A stretch of DNA of 64,000 nt from an uncultured delta proteobacterium. Its GTDB lineage: Bacteria; Myxococcota; Myxococcia; Myxococcales; Myxococcaceae. The notes under the pieces are model-generated. The model was not told where the DNA came from. It did not search any database and saw only the letters and a program-made list of their open reading frames with translations. Below, in pieces: positions 44,141 to 53,681 of the stretch (its first letter is position 1; each line of letters starts with the position of its first letter). The stretch lies in assembly GCA_963771175.1 (NCBI GenBank), contig CAVYSY010000050.1, forward strand, positions 145,167 through 209,166, read 5' to 3'. The position numbers and the translations under genes were made by a program.

Positions 44141-44775
44141 GCTCCGCTCCCGAGCGCGCCTTCCTCTCCGTCCCCCGCCGCCACGGCCTGCGGGTGGTGC
44201 ATGACGGGGACGAGATCGGCTCGCCCTATCCCAAGGCCTCGCTCTGGATGCGGCTGGGCGCGCGCATCGTGGACGTTGCCGTGGCCTGGGGTCTCAGCGT
44301 GGTGTGCGGTGCCGCCGGGGGCGTGGTGGCGCTGCTCTTCCTGCTGCTGGCCGACGGCATGCTCCAGGGCCAGAGCGTGGGCAAGCGCATCTTCGGCGTG
44401 AAGGTGATGCACCTGCCCACGCGCTCGGCCGCCCGCCACCGCGACAGCACCCTGCGCAACGCACCGCTGGCCCTCATCGTCCTGTTGGGGATGATGCCGC
44501 CGCCCCTGGGCGCGGTGGCCTGCGTGGCCGGGCTGGTGGTGATCGGCGGGGTGGAGGCCCTGCGCGTGGTGAGGGATCCGCTCGGCTGGAGGCTCGGCGA
44601 TACCTGGGCCCAGACGCAGGTGGTGGACGGGAAGGTCGTCGCCGGAGCAACGGTTGCAGCACGCACGCCTGTGGCGCCTGCTCGTGTCCCAGGCCGATTT
44701 TTGTCCGCGGCCCGGGTCCGCCGGTTCCGCACATTCAAGAAGTCCAGAAGGGGAAAGCCTTGCGCATCGCGCTGA
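44137..44775 (+). CDS. RDD family membrane protein
   Basis: ASLWMRLGARIVD, GQSVGKRIFGVKV, LRN, RLGDTWAQTQVV; GTG overlaps the upstream stop. Confidence 0.85.
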   Translation: MSSAPERAFLSVPRRHGLRVVHDGDEIGSPYPKASLWMRLGARIVDVAVAWGLSVVCGAAGGVVALLFLLLADGMLQGQSVGKRIFGVKVMHLPTRSAARHRDSTLRNAPLALIVLLGMMPPPLGAVACVAGLVVIGGVEALRVVRDPLGWRLGDTWAQTQVVDGKVVAGATVAARTPVAPARVPGRFLSAARVRRFRTFKKSRRGKPCASR

Positions 44776-46945
44776 CCTACAACCTCAGGCTGTCCGATTC
44801 GGAAGACGAGGCGGAGTTCGACACCCAGGAGACGGTGAACACGCTGGCCTCGGCCATCGAGCGGCTCGGCCACCGGCTGGAGCGCTTCGAGGTCAGCGGC
44901 CCCGCCTCCCGGACGGTCGCGCGGCTCGAGGCCTACAGCCCGGACCTCATCTTCAACATCGCCGAGGGCCGCCGCGGCCGCTTCCGCGAGGCCTTCTATC
45001 CCGGCGCTCTTCGAGGAGCTCGGCTTCGCGTACACGGGCTCGGACGCCTACGCGCTGGCGGTGACGTTGGACAAGCAGCTCACCAAGCTGGTGCTCTCCA
45101 AGCACGGCATCCGCACTCCCGGCTGGCAGTTCGTCGAGAAGCTCAACGAGCTGCAAGGTCGAGGACCTGCGCTTCCCCGTCATCGTCAAGCCCAACTTCG
45201 AGGGCTCCTCCAAGGGCATCACCCAGGACTCGGTGGCCGAGACGGTCGAGCAGGCCCGCGAGAAGGTGGCGAAGGCGCTGGCGCGCTACCCGGCCGGCGT
45301 CCTGGTGGAGGAGTTCATCAGCGGGATGGACATCGCGGTCCCGTACCTCGCGGCGGTGCAGAACGACCATGACGGCGTGCTCAGCCCGATGGAGTACGAC
45401 ATCGACCCGGCCGCCATCGCCGGCCGCAAGTACGCCATCTACGACTACGAGCTGAAGACGAAGAAGGAGAGCGCCGTCAAGATGCGTGCCCCGGCCAACA
45501 TCCCTCCCAGGGTGGCCGAGGAGATGCGCACCATGTCGATGAAGATCTTCCAGGCGCTCGACTGCCGGGACCTGGGGCGCATCGACTTCCGGCTGAGCGA
45601 CGCGGGCGTGCCGTACTTCCTGGAGATCAACGCGCTGCCCAGCCTGGAGCCGGGCGCGGGCATCTACGCCGCCGCGGCCCTGGAGGGCGTGCACCTCGAC
45701 GGCGTCGTCAACGCCATCATCCAGAGCGCGGCGCGGCGCTACAAGATCAAGGACGGCAAGCGCCAGGGCAGGCCGACGCGCAAGTCGGGCCCGCTGCGCG
45801 TGGGCTTCACCTACAACGTCAAGCGCGTGAAGCCCGTCGCGGCGGACGGCTCGGCCGTGGAGGACAGCGAGGCCGAGTACGACTCGCCCACCACGCTGCA
45901 GGCCATCCGCGAGGCCATCGCTTCCTGGGGCCACGAGGTGGTGGACCTGGAGGCCACGGCGGAGCTGCCCAGCGTGCTGGCCAGCACCCCGCTGGACATC
46001 GTCTTCAACATCGCCGAGGGCCTCAAGGGCCGCAACCGCGAGAGCCAGGTGCCGGCGATGCTGGAGCTGCTGGACATCCCGTACACGGGAAGCGATCCGG
46101 CCACGCTCTCGATCGCGCTGGACAAGGCGCTGGCGAAGAAGATCGTCCGCCAGGCCGGCATCCACACGCCGAACTTCCAGCTCATGCACACGGGCAAGGA
46201 GCGGCTCGACAAGCAGTTCACCACCTTCCCGCTGATCGTGAAGCCGGTGGCCGAGGGCTCCTCGAAGGGCGTGGTGAGCAAGAGCGTCTGTCGCAGTGAG
46301 GCCGAGCTGCGCGAGGTGGTGAAGGAGATGGTCACCAAGTACCAGCAGCCGGCGCTCATCGAGGAGTACATCGGCGGACGCGAGTTCACGGTGGGCCTGC
46401 TCGGCGAGCGGCGCCCGCGCGTGCTGCCGCCGATGGAGATCGTCTTCCTCGACAAGGAGGACAAGACGCCCATCTACAGCTTCCAGCACAAGCTGGATTG
46501 GAACGATCGCATCCGCTACGACGCGCCGGCGAAGCTCGAGCCCGCGCTGCTGGAGAAGCTGAGGGCGGCGGCGCGAGGCTCGTTCATGGCGCTGGGCTGC
46601 CGGGACGTGGCGCGCATCGACTTCCGCATGGACGACAAGGGCCGCATCTACTTCATCGAGTGCAACCCGCTGCCGGGCCTCACGCCGGGGTGGAGCGACC
46701 TGGTGCTGATCGCCCAGGGCGCCGGCATGGACTACCGGGGCCTCATTGGCGAGATCATGGCCCCGGCCATCCGCCGCTACAAGGAGCGCGAGGCCCGTCG
46801 CGCCGCCGATGAGAGCGCGGTGACGAAGCCGACCCTGGAGAAGTCCGCCATCGAGAAGGCCACCCTCGCCGAGGAGAAGGCCGGGGCGGGCTCGGGTGGT
46901 TCGTCGTCCGGCGAGGCGCCTCCGCGCATGGAGCTGAAGGCCTGA
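44760..46945 (+). CDS. Tandem D-Ala-D-Ala ligase-like ATP-grasp protein (frameshifts near 45000 and 45156)
   Basis: Two complete copies of FNIAEG..GR.RE, YTGSD, LDK.L.K, IVKP..EGSSKG, EE(F/Y)I.G, LxCRD..RIDFR and (L/I)E.N.LP.L. Confidence 0.85.
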
Positions 46946-46959
46946 AGCCAGACTGACGC

Positions 46960-47036
46960 CCCGAGGGGCGTTACCTCGACACGGCCCGGCACGTCGGTGG
47001 GCAGCTTGCCCCGCGTGCCGGGCTTCATCGTTTCAG
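46960..47036 (+). repeat. Left copy of a ~75-bp direct repeat containing a long hairpin (terminator-like)
   Basis: cccgaggggcgttacctcgacacggcccggcacgtcggtgggcagcttgccccgcgtgccgggcttcatcgtttcag; stem gcccggcacg (46984-46993) / cgtgccgggc (47014-47023). Confidence 0.9.
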
Positions 47037-47057
47037 AGGCTGAGTCGGACAACTTGT

Positions 47058-48170
47058 ATGCCAACCACGACAAATAGAGCACGGAAGGTGCGAAGACTCG
47101 AACGGCGGGCGCTGTCGATTCTTCTCTCCGCCCTATCTCTCGCCTGGCTGCCGCCCTTCGCCACGGCCCATGCACAAGCGTCCGTAGCGAGTGGAGCCCC
47201 CTGTTCCAAGGCCGACTACACGAAGACCCGGCGGCGCTTCCAGGCGCTCTACGACGCGGGTGAGTACACGAAGGCCGTCGAGACCTTGCGACACGCGAAG
47301 GAGGCCTGCTGGGAGGCTCTCGATGCCACGGCTCGCGGTTGGTTGGTGTCCGATCTCGGGCTGGCCGCGCTGCGCGCCGGTCAACCGGACCTCTGTCTTC
47401 AGGCACTCGCAGAGGCTCCCAGGGAGCTCGAGCCCCAATCACGGGTCTCCAAGGCCATCGCGTTCAACCGGGGCCTGTGCACCGGGGCTCCCGCCCAGGG
47501 CACGCCCGCCGCCACACAGGGGACGCCCCTCCCCGTGCAGGTGATGCCAGGGCTCCAGGCCTCGTCACCGACGGAGGCGGCCGCGGCCCTCTCCCGCGAG
47601 TGGCGCGCGCCCTGTGCGCTTCGCGAGGGGAGACTCCCGGAGAGGCAGGAGCGCGAGCTTCGTCGCTGTACCGACCTGGACGGAGTCGACGTGAACGACG
47701 TCGACGTCACGGTGACCCAGGATGTCTACGCCTTCCAGATGAAGACCATCCAGTGCCAAGCCTTGAGGCGGGTGGCCCGAGCCCAACCTTCGCGAGTCAG
47801 TCACGTGCGGGAGGTCCTCACGATGAAGGCGCCCGGCGAGGTGCTTCCGGCGGACCTGGCGGCGGCGTTTTCCGACGAAGACGCCGAGCGGCTCGCCCAG
47901 GCGGCGCGCGCGGGGCGCTCGTGGCGTGACTTCGACAAGGAGCTGCGGTTCGGGGAAGCCCAGGGGCGTGAGCTCGAGGTTCGCGGTGAAGGTGACGAGG
48001 GTTACCTCCAGTGGTGGGCGACCGGGGACTTCAATGCCGACGGGTACGAGGACGTGCTCGTTTTCCGCAGCCTGGGCGCCATCGGTGGAAGCATCGCGGA
48101 CCCGGCGGCTTTCGTGCTGACCCGTACCCAACCCAAGGGCGTTCTCCGGGTCCTGGAACGCCTGCGGTAA
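47058..48170 (+). CDS. Secreted Cys-containing hypothetical protein (candidate immunity protein)
   Basis: Signal peptide ending AHA-Q; helical domain CSKADY..TRRRFQALYDAGEY...C...GWLVSDLG...C...AIAFNRGLC; C-terminal GDFNADGYEDV. Confidence 0.7.
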   Translation: MPTTTNRARKVRRLERRALSILLSALSLAWLPPFATAHAQASVASGAPCSKADYTKTRRRFQALYDAGEYTKAVETLRHAKEACWEALDATARGWLVSDLGLAALRAGQPDLCLQALAEAPRELEPQSRVSKAIAFNRGLCTGAPAQGTPAATQGTPLPVQVMPGLQASSPTEAAAALSREWRAPCALREGRLPERQERELRRCTDLDGVDVNDVDVTVTQDVYAFQMKTIQCQALRRVARAQPSRVSHVREVLTMKAPGEVLPADLAAAFSDEDAERLAQAARAGRSWRDFDKELRFGEAQGRELEVRGEGDEGYLQWWATGDFNADGYEDVLVFRSLGAIGGSIADPAAFVLTRTQPKGVLRVLERLR

Positions 48171-48322
48171 CCGCATCGTAAATTTCGGGGGGCGCCTCCC
48201 GTCGTGGAGGGCAGGTTCTCCGCTGTCGTCTCGCTGCTCTAGACTCCCGCCGCGGGCTGAAAGCCATGTGGCCTTCGTGGGGAAGTCCCCACCGACCCTT
48301 GAATTCAGAAAGGCGGTTCTCG

Positions 48323-49226
48323 ATGTTGCCTGGTAATGAAGGTGCTTCCCGCGGTTGCGCGGCGGGGTGGAGGACCCTCTCGGCCGTGTGTGCCCTGGTG
48401 GTGCTCGCCGCACCACAACGGGCCCGCGCGGAGCAGCTCTGCGATCAGGACCGGAATGGTCGGACCCTCGTCATCCAGATTGGCGAGCGGAAGAACGATG
48501 GCTCGCCACTGGAGCCATACGACCCTCGGCAGCCGATGAACCCCTACGAATTTCCCGGGGACCGCCATCTCTTCCGCCGAAAAGGGAAAGGTCTACCGAG
48601 CCGTGGGCAGGTTCCAGGACCGCCAGGAGGGCGAGTCGGCGTTGAAGCAGGTCTACAACGAGATGCCCCACCTCTATACGGGCGCATATCTCCCGCGCCT
48701 CACCACCCCCGGGGCGTACCTGGTGACCGAGTCACGCACCTGCAAGATCAACCGGAAGAACCCCGTCATCGATCCGGCCTGGTGGATCCTGGAGAAGGAT
48801 GGCGTGCTCCTGGTGGGGTCTCAGACGGAGTGCAAGCAGGGCCAACTCACCAAGACCGTCACCGTGGTGTCGTGCGACGGGATGAAGAACCTGATGACCG
48901 ACTCGGTGTCGGCGCCCTGCGACGCGGGCCGGGTCACCTCCTGCATCCACCCCGTCGTGCCGGGCGTGTTCGCGTTCGAGCACTCCTATTCGGCACTGGC
49001 CCAGGGAACGCAGGTCCGTCTGCGCGTCTACGACGTTCCCAAGAAGAAGCGGCTCCACTCCATCGACGCTGGCCATGACGGAGGTCCGGAGACCGAATTG
49101 ATGAGCGTCGAGGACATCGACAAGGACGGCGTGCCCGAGATCGTTCACACCATCGCCGGCACGGGGGAGCGCACGTCGGTGCTCAAGTGGACCAAGGGCA
49201 GGTTCGTCAAGGTGAAGGCCCCATGA
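48323..49226 (+). CDS. Secreted Cys-rich hypothetical protein (candidate immunity protein; frameshift near 48590)
   Basis: Signal peptide ending ARA-E; several Cys; C-terminal EDIDKDGVPEIV; its TGA overlaps the next ATG. Confidence 0.65.
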
Positions 49227-52200
49227 GCTACGGCTATCAGGAGCCGACTCGCCTGTGCACCACCAAGGGCGAGGTCACGCGCTCGTCCAACTACGGTGAA
49301 CCGAAGACCAAGAACGAATTCGCGGGCTCCAACTCGTTCGAGAAGATCTCCAAGGTTTTCGGCAACCCCCTCCTTGAGAGCTTCTGCGCCAATCACATCG
49401 TCCCCGTGGAGTTGGTGGGCTTCGGGCCGCAGAAGGACCAGGTCCGGAAGATCGACGTCAACCGCAAGCTGGCGCCTCTCTTCGCGGCGGCGTTCGAGAA
49501 GATCAAGGCCGCCAACCTGCCCTATGTGCTGCATGCGGTCGGCGGCCATGTCTTCCGCTACCAGCTGAACCCCTCGGTCCAGGCGGCGCTCGTGGACCGC
49601 CCTGAATACGCGGAGCTGCGTAAGCAGCCCGGCTTCATGGGCAGATGGAACATCGATTGTGCCAGGCACGATCTCAAGCATCAGTCCTTTGACGAGATCG
49701 TCCCGCACGACGGACGCCAGAAGGTCAAGAAGGCGCTGCTCTCCAATCATTCCTGGGGCAACGCCATCGACCTCAATGACCAGACGAATCCGTTCGACAA
49801 GAACAAGCGCTTCGACATGCCCCGAAGAATCGTGGAGATCATGGCGAGCTTCGGGTTCCACTGGGGCGGCTACTACCACGACTACATGCACTTCGAGTAC
49901 CTGCGCGCCAGCGTGGCCGGGCTCTCCGACGAGGAGCCTCCGCAGGTGTTCTTCCCTTTCAACGCGGAGCAGAAACGCGAGTCGCCGCTCAAGTACTTCT
50001 TCCTCAACGAGAGCGGGAAGGGGGGCTACTTCCCGCTGGGGCAGCAGCAGAACCTGCACGGGGGCGTGCATCTGGAGCCGGACTCGCCCAAGACCCTGGT
50101 GCCGGTCCAGGCGGCCATGCCCGGGTACATCGTGGCCGCGCGGCTCATGGCGCCGGGGACGGGCGGAGACAATCCGTTCCTCCAGAATGCCACCGAGGGC
50201 CGCCATCTGGGCTTCGTGCTGATCCGGCACGAGCTGGCGGCGATCGAGGAGGGGAAGGAGTCCGAGCAGGCCCATCCGCTCTACAGCTTGTACATGCACC
50301 TGGCGTCCCCGAAGTGGGACGGGGCGAGCGAGGAGTTCGAGGAGGCGCCCTGGCTCGCGTCCTTCCTGAAGATGCAGTTCGGCGCGGTAGTGGATCTGGA
50401 TCCGAGCAGCGCGGACGTGGGCAAGACCTTCTGGGCCCAGGGGAAGCTGGAGCCAGAGGCGGCCTCCTTCAAGGTCCAGGGCCGCGAGCGGCCCCTGACC
50501 GCCAGGCGCGGCGAGCGCATCGTGGCCCTGGGCAAGCCCAGCCCCAAGGACGTCGAGGAGGCCATCCAGGGCTTCAAAGAGGGCTCCATCGTCACCTTTG
50601 ACCGGCCGCTCTTCCCCGTGGCCGCTGGCGAGACGATCGGCTTCGTCACCCAGGGCCATCCCGTCACCGACCAGCCGCCCAGGTACCTGCACTGGGAGTT
50701 GTTCTCTCTCTCGGGAGGCGAGGGCGGGCTCAAGCTCCTCTTGGAGAAGTCGGGGAGCTTGAAGGCTCTGTTCAAGGAGTTCGAGGAGATCCGGCCGAAC
50801 AACTTCCTGGACATGCCTTTACGCAACAAGCCGGATATCCCCAACGAGGTCCAGAAAATCCTCGGGGACACCGGGGTTCAGATTGTCGAGGAACTGCTCA
50901 ACGACCGGTACGGCACGCGGCTGCGGAGGCACTTCAACGAGGGTAAGACGTTCTTTCCGGCGGGGGAATCGTCCGGAGGAGCAGCTGCCGCACCGTTCAG
51001 CTACCCCCTCGAACTCGAGATCTCGAACCCGCACGAGTACAAGGGCGAGCCGGGGAGTGGGTCCTGCGTTCTCGAGGTCTCCTACAAGAAGACGGGAGCG
51101 TCGCTTCCGGAAGCACGGCGAGGGCAGCGCATTACTCTCACCCCGAACCAGGGCAAGGTCACTCTGACCGTGCCCGCGGAGGCGGATGAGATCGTGCTCT
51201 GGTCGGAGCACTTCTTCCTGGATCAGCCCCTGGTGGTGAAGGCGGAGGAGGTACGCCCCAAGCGGCTCCAGAGCCGCGAGGCCCTCTTCGAAAAGGCCGT
51301 GGCTCAGCGCTGGCGCAACCTCGTGCTGGGCCATATGAGTGAGTGGACGCCGAAGGGCCTCGGCGAACAGCTCGATGCGCGCAAGGAAGCCGGGAACCTC
51401 GACCTGCCGAGCAATGACGAGGCCTTCAAGGCGCTGAAGAAACAGCTCCTGCCGCTGTGTTGGTGGTCCCGTCCGAAGAGCGATGAGGACAAGTTCGGTG
51501 AGGTTCCGGTGCTGGGGCCGGACGCCGGCAAGAGCCTCTTCGGCGCGGACGGCCATCTGCTGCCCGAGGACGCCAAGATCGTCACCATGCACCCGGTCAC
51601 GGCGCTGTGGCTCGTCGATCTCCAGATCGAGAAGGGGTCTATTGCGTTCAAGAAGGAGTGGCCGCCTGTCACGCTCAAGCGCGACGAGAGCACTCAGCAA
51701 CCGCCCTACCTGGACGTGCTCTACAAGGGCGAGAAGCCGTTGGTCGGCATGGAGATGTTGCCCGTGCTGGTGCAGCACGGCTATGGCACGACCGACGGCG
51801 CGGACGCTACCGATGTGTCCTTCTGGGTGACCGCACGGGAAAGCGGCCCGGCACAAGCGCCGATGCGGGTGTGCCGCACGACCTACAACGAGGGCGTTGC
51901 CCTGGGGCGCCTCCGCTTTGCTTTCTGGGGGAAGTGGGAGCTATACGCCACCAACGGGGCCGATCAGCGCTTCGAGCCCGTGAAGACCGGGACGACGGTG
52001 CTCGAGATGCCCAAGCCCGAGCTCTCTGGGCAGACCTTCACGCTCGGCACGGGCAAGCCCGATCCCAGCGGGAAGCTCCGTACCCTCGTCACGGGCGGCT
52101 TCACCAGCAGCGCGAACTGGCCCCTCATGCTCGCCGGCTACCTCGTGTTCGAGTACTGGCGGGTGCCCAAGACGGGTGAGCCCGAGGCGCGGGCCTTCAG

Positions 52201-53681
52201 CAAGCTGGCGATCCCCGTCACCGCGCAGAGACCTCCCGAAGAACAGGTGGAGGGGGGGCTTCGCTACAAGGGTGAGTTCATCGTGGGCGTGGAGAAGGCG
52301 AAGAGCAACCCGAAGGTCACCGCCAACTTTTCCTTCCAGGAGTTCGTGAGCCACAAGCGACTGGGGCTGGTCTTCATGGGTGACGTGAAGGAGTTCACAC
52401 TGGCGGTTCCCCTGGCGCGTCGCCTCCAGGAGCTGCGGGACGTCTGCCGGCCCAGGAGCCGCACGGACAAGGACATCTTCCTGACGGTGATGCGGCTTGA
52501 GGACACCGGTGCTCAATTGCTCGTCATTCCGTCCTCGAACAAAGCCGAGGACCTCCAGGCCATCGTGGACAGGCTGCCACTGCTCTCCGAGAAACCCGAC
52601 CTCAAGGTCGTGCGGGCGGAGGACGAGCCCGCGATCCGGATCAGCCTACGAGCCGAAGCCGGACACCGGCCCGCTCGGCTTCGAGTTCGATCCGGGGCCC
52701 GCGCTGGGGCGGCTCGCCGCGCAAGCGCTCTCCCAGGAAGGCGACAGCCTCCATGTCCGTCCCCACTTCATCGCGCCCAATGGCGGGCACACGCTGCTGG
52801 CCGGGAAGCCCGCCGTGGAGGGCGAGGCGAACCTGATCGAGGCCTCGGCGGAGGACATCAAGGCCGCCTGTGGCAATGACTTCCTCGAACTCGCCGCGGA
52901 CAAGGAGCTGCCTCCCGTGAGCCGGTTCGAGTTCGGCGACTGCGCGATCAAGATGGGCCGCGGCAAGCTCATCACGGAGGTGCGCCTCCACGGCGATGCC
53001 CGTCAATGGACCGCGGCCGGCCCCACTCTCAAGCTCACCGGAGGGGGAGAGTCAAAGAGCTCCATCGTGGGCTCGGTGGTCAGGGCGGATTGGGACCTGG
53101 TCAACAAGAAGGGTGAGGTACTCCCGGGCCGCTGGGGCTCGACGCTCGAGTTCACCACCCGCATCACCAACCCCAACAAGGTGGCGACGCCTCCTCCCCC
53201 GGTGAGCTGGAAGGTCGAGGTCAAGCCGAGCCTCGATGAGCTCACGCTGGAGACCAGGAAGTCGGAGCTCCGGTTCGTGGGCAAGGCCCGCTATGTCCCC
53301 ACGGACATCGATTTGCAGATCGTCTGTGAGCGGATGAGCCGGGCGGGCGTGGGGCAGGAGCTCTCCGCCCCCACCGGAGACCTGCTCGCGGACGGCGCCA
53401 GCGATCAGCCGGTGGAGGCGCTGTGGCAGGAGGACGCGAGCATCACCGGGTCCATCCGCTACACGGTCTCGGCCCGCGCCCATTTTGGGCGCTGCACGGA
53501 GACGGGGGTCTTCGAGGCCACCCTCCCCAAGGCCGCGCTCAAGAAGGACTCGGGGCCCTTCCGCTTCACCTGGCGCCCCCGGGTAGCCAGGGAAGGCGAC
53601 CCGCTCATGATCCATGGCATCGCCGTCCAGGCAGCGTCCACCCCTGAGGTCACCTCCACTGACTTGGGACTCGTCAAATGA
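49223..53681 (+). CDS. Large (~1,480 aa) protein: M15-family peptidase + WHIX-like/M23-fold domain + unknown C-terminal region (frameshift near 52640)
   Basis: M15 motifs: FRY...LSNHSWGNAIDLN...GFHWGGYYHDYMHFEY. Then GYFPLG...LHGGVHL, AAMPGYIVAAR, GFVLIRHE, YSLYMHL, AGETIGF, LHWELFS, HMSEW, LCWW, MHPV. The two ORFs join with consistent coding bias. Confidence 0.75.

Noticed and set aside
46960..47036. Repeat as a tRNA or tmRNA 3'-end attachment site
   Set aside because: No cloverleaf, T-loop GTTC or CCA end; it is a simple long hairpin.
44760..49910. Ddl-like ligase plus M15 peptidase as a van-type glycopeptide-resistance cluster
   Set aside because: No vanH/vanX/vanRS-like genes; the ligase lacks canonical Ddl/Van motifs; the M15 domain is part of a large multidomain protein across a repeat boundary.
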